Notes: generated by a model from the sequence alone, not told the origin. A stretch of DNA of 64,000 nucleotides from an uncultured Gemmatimonadaceae bacterium (GCA_964585655.1 CAZPER010000007.1:1262-65261); one strand, 5' to 3'. Positions 8,805 through 19,250 are shown, numbered from the stretch's first letter. Numbers and translations are program-made.

Positions 8805-9872
8805 CTACTGGTTGTGGTCCTGTCCGCCGTGGTCGTGTTCCTCGCCCTCGGTCATACCGAGAAGCTCGAGCGAGGCGAGGTCCCGCTGGTAGTCGGGATT
8901 GGACTCATCGATGCCGGGCCAGCGCGCGTCGCGGTCCGGTGCGAAGATGGCGGCGATATGCGCCATCGCGCCGTTCTTGAGCGTGTCGCCGGTGGGGTTG
9001 TCGTACACCCCCACGACCCGGTACCGCTGCCCGGCTCTGAGCCGGACCCCGGAACCGCGCACCCCCGGCAGGCTCCGGCTCACTCCACTCACCTTGCCAT
9101 CCGGTTCCCGCTCCGCGTTCACCCGCGCGATCACCTTGCCGGTCTCGACGTCCTCCAGCCGGACCTGCACCCCGTAGTCGTGCATGTGCCCGCCGTACCC
9201 CAGGAGCCGGCCGCCGACGGGCTGGGTGAACTCCCAGGCCTTCTCGGACCGGCCGGGCGGCACGTCGTACACATTCGAGCCACCGATCGTCAGGTTCACG
9301 TCCATGTAGAAGGGCAGGACATCCACCGGCCGCGGATTCTGGTTCTTCGGCGAGTAGATGAGGGTCATCTCGAGGTAGACCCCATCCAGGTCCGCGCCGG
9401 TATCGTTATGCCAGGCGATATAGAACCCCAGGTCCATGCCGGGAGCCATTGGCACGCCAATGGTCGCCGGCAGCATCGCGTCATCGGTCTCGGTGCCGGT
9501 CCCGAAGAGCCGCTCCGCCGCGGGGTAGAGCGCCTGCCGCCGGCTGAAATTGACCACGATCATGTGGTGCATCAGCCGCTTGGGCAGGGCCTTGCCGTCG
9601 GCGCTGACCACGGCGGTCCGGAATCCGCGGAACCAGCCTTCGACCGGCCACTGGAAGCGATAGACCGGGGTGCTGTGCGCGGCGCCCAGGTCCATGGCGT
9701 GGTGGTCCATCTGGCCCATGTCGGGCAGGGTGTAGGGCCCCGCCTTGATGTGAATCTCGCGCCGGGCGGAGTCCACGGTGACCGCGACGGTCACGTCGTC
9801 GGGACGGGCGGGCGCATGCGGGGCGGGGACCGGCCGCAGGGCGGTCAGCAGCGCAACTGTGGCGAGCAGCAT
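8805..9872 (-). CDS. Secreted protein resembling copper type II ascorbate-dependent monooxygenase (PHM/DBH fold)
   Basis: Signal peptide; LMHHMIV, WHN, GGHMHDYG, YDNP...GAMAH in PHM ligand order; His/Met-rich termini. Confidence 0.7.
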   Translation of the reverse strand: MLLATVALLTALRPVPAPHAPARPDDVTVAVTVDSARREIHIKAGPYTLPDMGQMDHHAMDLGAAHSTPVYRFQWPVEGWFRGFRTAVVSADGKALPKRLMHHMIVVNFSRRQALYPAAERLFGTGTETDDAMLPATIGVPMAPGMDLGFYIAWHNDTGADLDGVYLEMTLIYSPKNQNPRPVDVLPFYMDVNLTIGGSNVYDVPPGRSEKAWEFTQPVGGRLLGYGGHMHDYGVQVRLEDVETGKVIARVNAEREPDGKVSGVSRSLPGVRGSGVRLRAGQRYRVVGVYDNPTGDTLKNGAMAHIAAIFAPDRDARWPGIDESNPDYQRDLASLELLGMTEGEEHDHGGQDHNQ

Positions 9873-9930
9873 CGGAGTGTCTCCCTGGTCGGGCGGTCCG
9901 CCCGCTGGTCACGGCGGCCGCGCGCCGAAG

Positions 9931-9959
9931 AAAATAGGCAATGGGCCGTCGGCTGTCAG
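9931..9959 (-). promoter_or_regulatory. Putative sigma70-type promoter of the monooxygenase-like gene
   Basis: Minus strand CTGACA, 17 nt, TATTTT; AGGGAG RBS before ATG 9872. Confidence 0.5.
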
Positions 9960-10041
9960 GCCCGCGCCCGGGAGCGAAACCCGAGTCGCGTGGTGGGCCT
10001 TTGGCTCTGTGTCTACGCGCGAGTGGGGTGGGGTGGTTCCC

Positions 10042-10068
10042 TTGGCACTCCCCGTTGACAAGTGCCAG
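10042..10068 (+). promoter_or_regulatory. CIRCE element 1 (HrcA operator) overlapping the groESL -35 box
   Basis: TTGGCACTC-N9-AAGTGCCAG vs consensus TTAGCACTC-N9-GAGTGCTAA. Confidence 0.85.
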
Positions 10069-10082
10069 CCGTGGTGTATCTT
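10055..10082 (+). promoter_or_regulatory. groESL sigma70-type promoter
   Basis: Perfect TTGACA (10055-10060), 16 nt, TATCTT (10077-10082). Confidence 0.7.
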
Positions 10083-10094
10083 CCTCTCCCAGTT

Positions 10095-10121
10095 CTAGCA
10101 GTCCCTGACTGCTACTGCTAA
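10095..10121 (+). promoter_or_regulatory. CIRCE element 2 (degenerate) in the groES leader
   Basis: CTAGCAGTC-N9-TACTGCTAA. Confidence 0.7.
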
Positions 10122-10164
10122 CTCATTGTTTCTCAATACCTTATACACCGACGTGGGAGGACAG

Positions 10165-12142
<1,978 letters not shown>

Positions 12143-12200
12143 GGCATCCCACGACGGGAGCGCCAGGGCTGGCCTTGGCGCCTCCGCGGCGGGACCCACC

Positions 12201-12236
12201 AGCGCCCCGGGCCTTCACGGCCCGGGGCGCTCGGTT
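12201..12236 (+). terminator. Intrinsic terminator-like hairpin after groEL
   Basis: AGCGCCCCGGGCC-TTCAC-GGCCCGGGGCGCT perfect 13 bp stem, weak U tail. Confidence 0.7.
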
Positions 12237-12262
12237 TGGTGAGCCGGATCACCGGATTAGAT

Positions 12263-12277
12263 TGGCGCGGTTCCTGC
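12263..12277 (+). promoter_or_regulatory. Putative sigma54 (-24/-12) promoter
   Basis: TGGCGCGGTTCCTGC fits TGGCACG-N4-TTGC with correct GG-N10-GC spacing, upstream of the gene at 12334. Confidence 0.45.
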
Positions 12278-12333
12278 CCTGTATGCCCGCAGATGGGGTT
12301 TGGAGTCCGAAAGTGTCCACCGGAGGGAACATC

Positions 12334-12714
12334 GTGCTGAAGCAACTGTGCCTGCTGGCCCTGTGCGCGTCCCTGGCCGCCGCCCCGGCGGCCGCCCAGG
12401 CGGAGGCGCCGATCGTCGGAACCTGGAAGGCGGAGCTGCGGGACCAGGAGCGGCGGGATGCGCCGCGGGAAGTCATCGTCCGCCCCGATTCGAGCGCCAG
12501 CTGGGGCAAGGAGACGGTCCGCTGGCGGCTCAAGGCGGACAGCGTCATGATCGCGCTGGGCGGGGAATGGGTGACGTACAAGCTGCAGGTGAAGGGCGGC
12601 AAGCTCACCCTGTCCGGCGGGGACCTGGCAAAGCCGGTGACCCTTTCGAAAGCCGGCCCCCCCACGCCGCGGCCCGAGGGCACTCCGGTTCCGCCGGATC
12701 CCGAAGCGCCGTAG
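12334..12714 (+). CDS. Small secreted beta-rich protein (lipocalin-like N-terminal motif)
   Basis: GGAGGG RBS + GTG; signal peptide ending AAA-Q; IVGTWK motif; Pro-rich tail. Confidence 0.75.
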   Translation: MLKQLCLLALCASLAAAPAAAQAEAPIVGTWKAELRDQERRDAPREVIVRPDSSASWGKETVRWRLKADSVMIALGGEWVTYKLQVKGGKLTLSGGDLAKPVTLSKAGPPTPRPEGTPVPPDPEAP

Positions 12715-12746
12715 CCGCGGGGCCGGGCGGGACCAGAGCTGGCGGA

Positions 12747-12774
12747 CGAGGGCGGGCCGGGTGGCCCGCCCTCG
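12747..12774. terminator. Hairpin between convergent genes
   Basis: CGAGGGCGGGCC-GGGT-GGCCCGCCCTCG perfect 12 bp stem. Confidence 0.55.
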
Positions 12775-12777
12775 GTG

Positions 12778-13566
12778 CTATCCAGCGGTCGCGAAGGCGG
12801 TGAGGACGATCTGGGCCAGCGGCTGGTCCTGCAGGGCCACATGCAGCGCGGTCCCGTGCGCCGCGAGCACCGGCGCCACTTCGGCCCGCGCGTGCTCGGC
12901 GCTGTTGCAGCGCTCGCTCAGGTGCGCCAGCACCACGACCTCGAGCCCCGGATGTGCCACCTCGGCCAGCAGCTCCGCCGCCGCGCGGTTGGAGAGATGC
13001 CCCCCCGAGCCGGCGATCCGTTCCTGCACCACCGGAGGGTAGCTCGAGGTGCGCAGCAGCACCTCGTCATGGTTCGCCTCGAGCACGATCGCGTGCGCCT
13101 GCCGCAGCAGGTAGCGGACGGCGACGGTTGGGCGGCCGAGGTCGTAGGCCACCGCGATCCGGTGGCCGGCCGCGGTGCGAATGGCGAGTGCCACCGGTTC
13201 GGCGGCGTCATGGCTGGTGGGGCAGGCGTCCACGACAAACCGGCCGTGGGTAGTCGGTCCGAGCATCGTGAGGGGCAGGAAGCGGGCGTTGGGCATCCGG
13301 GGGCGGAGGCGGTCCCAGGTGCCGGTGGCGGTGAGTACCGGCACCCGGAGGGTCTGGGCCAGCCGGGCGGCGCCGGCGGTGTGATCCCCGTGCTCGTGGG
13401 TGAGCAGAAGGCCGACCGCGCGGCGGAGATCGAGGCCAACCGCGGCGGCCCGACGCTCCGTCTCCCGGGCGCTGAAGCCGGCGTCCACTAGCAGCACCTC
13501 GTCCCCCGAGCCGATGGCGAAGGCGTTGCCCGAGGATCCGGAGCCGAGGACGTAGAGGGTGGTCAC
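12778..13566 (-). CDS. MBL-fold metallo-hydrolase (YycJ/WalJ-like)
   Basis: VLGSGSSGN, LVDAG, THEHGDH, TSHDAAEP, LEANHD, GHLSN, HLSERCN; GTG start overlapping upstream stop. Confidence 0.9.
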   Translation of the reverse strand: MTTLYVLGSGSSGNAFAIGSGDEVLLVDAGFSARETERRAAAVGLDLRRAVGLLLTHEHGDHTAGAARLAQTLRVPVLTATGTWDRLRPRMPNARFLPLTMLGPTTHGRFVVDACPTSHDAAEPVALAIRTAAGHRIAVAYDLGRPTVAVRYLLRQAHAIVLEANHDEVLLRTSSYPPVVQERIAGSGGHLSNRAAAELLAEVAHPGLEVVVLAHLSERCNSAEHARAEVAPVLAAHGTALHVALQDQPLAQIVLTAFATAG

Positions 13567-14732
13567 CGCCCGGTCACGCGGCGATAGGTGCGCTCCAGCG
13601 CCGCCCGGCGCTCCGCGGTCCAGGCCACCTCGCGTCGCGGGAGCACCCGGCCGGCCACCGTGAGGAATCCCTCTTCCGTCATCCGCTCGCTCCCCGTCAC
13701 CCCCCACGCCATCGGCGGGACCTCCCGGGGTGGCGTGGTGGCGCCGAACACATTGGCCCCGGCGCCGATGACGGTGCCGGTCGCCAGCATGGTGCCGATC
13801 GCGGTCTTGGCGTGATCCCCGATCAGGCTGCCAAGGAACTGGCGTCCGGTCTCGATCCGGCGCCCGTCCACCGTGAGCTGCACTTCGCCGTAGGTGTTCT
13901 TGAGGTTTGAGGTCGTGGTGAGCGCGCCCAGGTTCACCCAGTGCCCCAGAACGCTGTGGCCCACGAACCCGTCATGGCTCTTGTTGGCGTAGCCCAGGAA
14001 GAGGCTGTTGCTCACCTCCCCCTTCACGCTGCAGCGGGGCCCGAAGACGCTGGCGCGCAGGTGGCCACCGAGCAGGCGGCACTTCTCCCCGGCGTAGAGC
14101 GGACCCTCCAGCCGGCTGCCATGCCGGACTTCCACGCCGGCCTCCAGCACGATGCCCCCGGCGCGGGTATCGAAGACGACCCCCGGCTCGACGTTCGCCC
14201 CGCGGCTCAGGACCAGCGCGGGGTCGCCGAGCACGATGCTCCCCGCCGGGACCGGATCCACGGGGCCGGCCGCGAAGCCCAGGCAATCGGCGGGGAGGTA
14301 GCGCTCCAGCGCGGTGACGAGGTCGTGGCAGCCCCGGAGGAGGAGCCCGTCCACCTCGAGCGCCGACCCCTGATCCGTGGGCCCGCTCCACCGCGAGCCG
14401 GCCGGGACCACCCAGGCAACCGTCCGCCCCTGGTGGGTAAGGCGACGGGTGTCGGGGGCAAGGACGATCGGCGCGCCGGTCGGCGCGAACCACGCCGCCG
14501 CCACCACAACGGGGCCGGGGGCCTGCAGCTCGGCCTGGACCACCGGCTCATCCAGTTCGTGGAAGCCGGCGACGTGGGGACCCACGATGGCGGTGGTTTC
14601 GCGGTCGAGCGCCGCTTCCCACCGTTCGCGGATCTTCCAGACGCCGGCCCGGAGTTCCGCCACCGGGCGCACCCCGCGGAACGGCTGCCACTCGGGGCCG
14701 GGGTCGGCGGGCTCGAGGAGAACCAGGCTCAC
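13563..14732 (-). CDS. GlmU-related putative sugar nucleotidyltransferase with hexapeptide (LbH) repeats
   Basis: RPVAELRAGVWKIRERW, YANKSHDGFVGHSVLGHWVNLGA, SNLKNTY, IGDHAKTAIGT. Confidence 0.85.
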   Translation of the reverse strand: MSLVLLEPADPGPEWQPFRGVRPVAELRAGVWKIRERWEAALDRETTAIVGPHVAGFHELDEPVVQAELQAPGPVVVAAAWFAPTGAPIVLAPDTRRLTHQGRTVAWVVPAGSRWSGPTDQGSALEVDGLLLRGCHDLVTALERYLPADCLGFAAGPVDPVPAGSIVLGDPALVLSRGANVEPGVVFDTRAGGIVLEAGVEVRHGSRLEGPLYAGEKCRLLGGHLRASVFGPRCSVKGEVSNSLFLGYANKSHDGFVGHSVLGHWVNLGALTTTSNLKNTYGEVQLTVDGRRIETGRQFLGSLIGDHAKTAIGTMLATGTVIGAGANVFGATTPPREVPPMAWGVTGSERMTEEGFLTVAGRVLPRREVAWTAERRAALERTYRRVTGR

Positions 14733-15757
14733 GGCAGGTCGCGGATCTCGGGGGGAAGCTGGTCGAGGATGGTCTTGAGGTCGGCAGCGCGGGCACGGGG
14801 AATCACCAGCAAACGCCCGTTGGCGTGCACCACGACCTTGTCCTTGAGGTCGGCCAGGACGATCGGGTCGCCGCTCGACCAGACCACGCAGTCATCGCAG
14901 TCGATCAGGTGCACCGGGCCCTGGGTCACGTTGCCGCGGCTGTCCCGGCGGCGGATCCTGGCCAGGGCATCCCAGGTGCCGACATCATCCCAGGTGAACC
15001 GGCCGGGCACGACCGCCACCGCGCGGCTCCGTTCCAGCACCCCGACGTCGATCGAGACCGGCGTCACGCCGCTGAAGAACCCGGGGACGTCGCCCGCGTC
15101 GAGCCGCGGGAGGCTCGGGGCGATCTCCGGCGTGTTCCGGGAAACCTCATCCAGCAGCACCTCCGCGGTCCAGGCAAAGAGGCCGCTGTTCCACCAGGCC
15201 CCGGAGGCCATCAGGTCGAGCGCGGTCGCCGCGCTGGGCTTCTCGGCGAATCGGGCGACGGTTCGCGCCACGTCATCCAGCGAGGTCCCCGGCACGATGT
15301 ACCCGAAGCCGGTGTCCGGTCGCGAGGGGACGATGCCCACCGTCACCAGCCGGCGGTACCGGACCGCGGTGGTGAGCGCCTGTTCGGCGGTGTGCCGGAA
15401 GGCGGCATCCTCGCGGATGGACCAGTCGGCGTGGAGCGAGAGCACCTCCGCCTCGGGATCGCGCTGCCGGGCCTCGAAGGTGGCCCAGACGAGGGCCGGG
15501 CCGGTGGAGGCGGCCCGCGGCTCCACCAGGATGTTCTCGTGCGGCAAGCCGAGCACCTGCTCGAGCCGCGGGGCCAGGGCGGGGCCGGTCACCACCAGCA
15601 CCCGTTCGCGGGGGACCAGCCCCTCCAGGCGGACCAGCGCCTGCTCCGCAGTGGACAGCGGCCCGGTGAGGGGCAGGAGCTGCTTCGGCATGGTTGGGGT
15701 GCTGAGCGGCCAGAAACGGCTGCCCGAGCCCCCCGCCAGGATCACGGCCCAGCGCAT
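14729..15757 (-). CDS. manC: Mannose-1-phosphate guanylyltransferase (no isomerase domain)
   Basis: VILAGGSGSRFWPLS..PKQLL, TGFGYI, FAEKP, WNSGLF, SIDVGVLE, WDDVGTW. Confidence 0.92.
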   Translation of the reverse strand: MRWAVILAGGSGSRFWPLSTPTMPKQLLPLTGPLSTAEQALVRLEGLVPRERVLVVTGPALAPRLEQVLGLPHENILVEPRAASTGPALVWATFEARQRDPEAEVLSLHADWSIREDAAFRHTAEQALTTAVRYRRLVTVGIVPSRPDTGFGYIVPGTSLDDVARTVARFAEKPSAATALDLMASGAWWNSGLFAWTAEVLLDEVSRNTPEIAPSLPRLDAGDVPGFFSGVTPVSIDVGVLERSRAVAVVPGRFTWDDVGTWDALARIRRRDSRGNVTQGPVHLIDCDDCVVWSSGDPIVLADLKDKVVVHANGRLLVIPRARAADLKTILDQLPPEIRDLP

Positions 15758-15772
15758 GTCAGTCGGTTCGGA

Positions 15773-16126
15773 TCAGAGGAGGGCGGCGAGTTCCGGCGCG
15801 CGCTGCCGGAGGTCGTAGAGCAGGGGGCCGGCGTTGCTGCGGGCCGCGCCCAGAATGAACAGGTGGCCTTCCGTGCCGAGCGGACGGAGCAGCGCGAGCC
15901 GCCCATCGAACTCCAGCACCCCGGCGGTGAAGCCGTCACACTCGGCCGCCTGGCCCAGGCGGCGGGCGCCGTTCACGAACGAGGCGGCCAGCGCCGCGAC
16001 CGCTTCGACATCCACCGGCTCGCGGCCGGCGGAGTCGATCGGGAGCCCATCACTGCTCAGCACGACGACCGCGTCCACGTCCGCGCGGGCGGCGAGGTCC
16101 TGAACGACTTCGCGCAAGCCAGCCAT
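15773..16126 (-). CDS. Roadblock/LC7 domain protein (MglB-like)
   Basis: VDAVVVLSSDGLPID, AVAALAA, N.G.L pattern; 117 aa. Confidence 0.85.
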   Translation of the reverse strand: MAGLREVVQDLAARADVDAVVVLSSDGLPIDSAGREPVDVEAVAALAASFVNGARRLGQAAECDGFTAGVLEFDGRLALLRPLGTEGHLFILGAARSNAGPLLYDLRQRAPELAALL

Positions 16127-16164
16127 GGGTGCGTCTCCGGGATCGGGGGGGCAGATGGAAGGGG

Positions 16165-16194
16165 ATTGTAGGCAGGCGAGTGGGGCGAAGTCAA
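16165..16194 (-). promoter_or_regulatory. Putative promoter of the roadblock-manC operon
   Basis: Minus strand TTGACT, 18 nt, TACAAT. Confidence 0.6.
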
Positions 16195-16208
16195 GGAATG
16201 ACTGTGGG

Positions 16209-16237
16209 TTGACCCTGCTCTGTCAGGGCCCTAGAAT
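16209..16237 (+). promoter_or_regulatory. Putative promoter of the lipoprotein-serS operon (leaderless)
   Basis: TTGACC, 17 nt, TAGAAT; ATG begins 6 nt after the -10 box. Confidence 0.7.
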
Positions 16238-16243
16238 GCGGCC

Positions 16244-16810
16244 ATGACCCGTGCGCATCTTTGGCTCGGCGTGGCGGGATTCGCCGTCGCCGTCGCCTGC
16301 AGCGACCCCAACGCCATTCCTGACGCGAGCCTCACCAACGAGGTGGACACCCTCACGCTCTGGGCACTGGACGGTGGGCCGCTCACCCGGCCCACCGCCT
16401 ATTCGCTGAACGCGCGGAGCGGGGTCCGGACCTGGGACGTGGGCACCAACTTCGAGTTCGCCTTCACGGTGGATCCGGCGGGCCGGCCCGTGCTGCTCCC
16501 ACTCGAGGTCCTGGGCCTTACCAGCAGCGGGTCGCTCAAGCCGGGGCTCAAGCCGTCGGCGCTGACCTTCGACGGGATGAAGCGCGCACCGCTCAACGGG
16601 TACGTCACCACCGACACCCTCCCCGCGGACTCGGGCGCCAAGTACTTCATCCGCACCGGCGTCAACAGCTGCGCCTCCTACGGCGTGCCGCTCTACGGCA
16701 AGCTCGAGATCCTCTACGTGGACACGGTCGCCGATACCCTCAGCCTCCGCGTCGTCGCCAACCAGAATTGCGCCTACCGCGACCTGGACCTCGGCATCCC
16801 GAAGGACTGA
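16244..16810 (+). CDS. Hypothetical lipoprotein
   Basis: Lipobox AVAC; host-like codon usage; two further Cys. Confidence 0.8.
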   Translation: MTRAHLWLGVAGFAVAVACSDPNAIPDASLTNEVDTLTLWALDGGPLTRPTAYSLNARSGVRTWDVGTNFEFAFTVDPAGRPVLLPLEVLGLTSSGSLKPGLKPSALTFDGMKRAPLNGYVTTDTLPADSGAKYFIRTGVNSCASYGVPLYGKLEILYVDTVADTLSLRVVANQNCAYRDLDLGIPKD

Positions 16811-16816
16811 CCCGCC

Positions 16817-18100
16817 GTGATTGACATCAAGCTGCTCCGCCAGGACGCCACCGCGGTGCGCGCCCAGCTTGCGCGCCGGCGGGACCCGGCCCTCGATGCC
16901 CAGCTGGAGCGGCTGGCCGAGCTGGAGCGCCGGCGACGCGAAGTCCTCACCCGGGCGGAGACCCTCAAGGCGGAGCGCAACACCGCCTCGGGAGAGGTGG
17001 CGCTGCGCAAGAAGGCGAACGAGCCCGCGGACGAGCTGCTGGAGCGCCTCAAGCGCTCGGCCGAGGAGGGGAAAGCCCTGGACCAGGAGGTGCGGGAGGT
17101 GGAGGCCGCCCTCGACGGGCTGCTGTTCACCATCCCCAACCTGCCGCTCCCCTCGGTGCCCGACGGCGACGCGAGCGGCAACATGGTGGTGAAGGAAGTC
17201 GGCGTCCGTCCGGCATTCCCCTTTACCCCGAAGGCCCACTGGGACCTGGGGACCGCGTTGGGGCTGTTCGACCTCCCCCGCGGCGCCAAGATCACGGGCT
17301 CGGGCTTTCCGCTCTTCACCGGCCCCGGCGCCCGCCTGGTGCGGGCCCTCAAGAACTTCCTGCTCGACCTGCACACCCTGGAGCATGGGTACACCGAGAT
17401 CGCGCCTCCCTTCCTGGTGAACCGCGCCTCGATGACCGGCACCGGCCAGCTCCCCAAGTTCGAGGAGGAGCTGTACTTCACGGCCGCGGACGACCTGTTC
17501 CTCATTCCCACCGCCGAAGTGCCGGTGACCAACATTCACCGGGACGAGATCCTCGATGCCGGGGAGCTCCCGAAGGGGCTCTGCGCCTTCACTCCCTGCT
17601 TCCGGCGGGAGGCCGGCGCGGCGGGAAAGGACACCCGCGGCCTGATCCGGGTGCACCAGTTCGACAAGGTGGAGCTGGTCCGGTTCTGCCGCCCGGAGGA
17701 GAGCCCGGCACAGCACGAGGCGATGACCCGCCACGCGGAGACCGCCCTCGAGCGGCTCGGCATCCCGTACCGCCGGCTGGCGCTGGCGGCGGGGGACCTC
17801 GGCTTCGCCAGCGCCTGCACCTACGACCTCGAGGTGTGGGCCGCGGGGGTGGGCACCTGGCTCGAGGCCTCGAGCGCGAGCACCTTCACGGATTTCCAGG
17901 CCCGGCGCGCCGGGATCCGCTTCCGGCGCGAGCCGGGGGCCAAGCCGGAGTTCGTGCACACGCTGAACGCCTCCGGCGTGGCCTTCCCGCGGACGATCAT
18001 CGCGCTGCTCGAGAACAACCAGCAGGCCGACGGCTCGGTGGTGCTCCCGCCCGCGCTCGTGCCCTACTTCGGCAGCGAGCGCCTCGTGCCGCGTGCGTAG
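16817..18100 (+). CDS. serS: Serine--tRNA ligase
   Basis: TGTGQLPKF, LIPTAEVP, CFRREAG, GLIRVHQFDKVE, TYDLEVW, HTLNASG. Confidence 0.98.
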   Translation: MIDIKLLRQDATAVRAQLARRRDPALDAQLERLAELERRRREVLTRAETLKAERNTASGEVALRKKANEPADELLERLKRSAEEGKALDQEVREVEAALDGLLFTIPNLPLPSVPDGDASGNMVVKEVGVRPAFPFTPKAHWDLGTALGLFDLPRGAKITGSGFPLFTGPGARLVRALKNFLLDLHTLEHGYTEIAPPFLVNRASMTGTGQLPKFEEELYFTAADDLFLIPTAEVPVTNIHRDEILDAGELPKGLCAFTPCFRREAGAAGKDTRGLIRVHQFDKVELVRFCRPEESPAQHEAMTRHAETALERLGIPYRRLALAAGDLGFASACTYDLEVWAAGVGTWLEASSASTFTDFQARRAGIRFRREPGAKPEFVHTLNASGVAFPRTIIALLENNQQADGSVVLPPALVPYFGSERLVPRA

Positions 18101-19250
18101 GCGCGGCCTGCGCCGGTTCGCGCCGGTGCTGGTGGTGCTGCTGGTGCTGCTCCTGGTGGGGCTCTCGGCCGGCTCGGGCTGGATCGTGGTGCGGCACTTC
18201 CGGAACGACGCCACCGCCATCAGCCGGCTGTACGCCGGCGTCTTTGCCGGACTGAACGATCCCCGGGAAGGGGGCGCGGTGGACGCGCTCCTCGCCCTCG
18301 GCGAGGAAGTGCGCCAGGCCGGGATCCCCCTGATCGTCACCGATACCGCCGGCCGGGTCACGGCCGCGGCCAACCTGCCATTCGAGGCGGCGCTGGACGA
18401 TCCCCGGGTCCGAGCCTATGCAGCGCAGCTCGACCGCGAGAACCCGCCGATCACCGATCCGGCCATGGGCACACTGCACTACGGCCCGGTCTCCGCCAAG
18501 CGCCAGCTCACCGCCCTCACCATCCTGCAGGCCTGCCTCCTGGTCTCGATCGTCGGCGTCGGCGTCGCCGCCTGGCGCAATGCCATGGCCGCGCAGCGCG
18601 ACCGGCTGTGGGTGGCCATGGCGCGTGAGGCCGCCCACCAGATGGGCACCCCGCTCATGAGCCTGCAGGGGTGGATCGAGCAGCTCCGCTCCCGCGCCAC
18701 CCCGCCGCCGCGGCTGGCCGAGCACCTGGAGGCGGATGCCGAGCGGCTGGAGCGGGTGGCGCAGCGGTTCGAGCGGATCGGGCGCCAGGTGCGCCGGGAG
18801 CCGGTGGATACCGGCGGGCTGGCGCGGAAGGTGGCGGACTACTTCCGCCCCAGGCTGCCGACCCGGGCCAACCGGATCGCCATGGTCGTGGACGCGCCGG
18901 ACGCCGGCCCCACGGTGCTGGGCGACCCGATCCTGATCGAATGGGCGCTGGAATCGCTGGTCAAGAATGCGATCGATGCGCTGCAGGGGCGGGAAGGGAC
19001 CATCACCCTGCACGTGGACCAGGAGGCGGACGCCGCGACCATCCGGGTCATGGACGACGGCCCGGGCATCCCGGGGGAACTGCGGCGGCGCATCTTCGAG
19101 CCAGGCATCACGACCAAGTCGAGCGGCTGGGGCATCGGCCTGGCGCTGGCGCGCCGCGTCGTTGAGGACTCGCATGGCGGGGAATTGATCCTCGAATCCA
19201 GCGAGCCCGGCGCCACCTTCCTCATCCGGATACCGACGCATGCCGCCTGA
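18093..19250 (+). CDS. Membrane sensor histidine kinase
   Basis: Two TM helices; H-box AHQMGTPL, N-box LVKNAIDA, DDGPGI, IFEPGITTK, GWGIGL. Confidence 0.93.
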   Translation: MRRRGLRRFAPVLVVLLVLLLVGLSAGSGWIVVRHFRNDATAISRLYAGVFAGLNDPREGGAVDALLALGEEVRQAGIPLIVTDTAGRVTAAANLPFEAALDDPRVRAYAAQLDRENPPITDPAMGTLHYGPVSAKRQLTALTILQACLLVSIVGVGVAAWRNAMAAQRDRLWVAMAREAAHQMGTPLMSLQGWIEQLRSRATPPPRLAEHLEADAERLERVAQRFERIGRQVRREPVDTGGLARKVADYFRPRLPTRANRIAMVVDAPDAGPTVLGDPILIEWALESLVKNAIDALQGREGTITLHVDQEADAATIRVMDDGPGIPGELRRRIFEPGITTKSSGWGIGLALARRVVEDSHGGELILESSEPGATFLIRIPTHAA

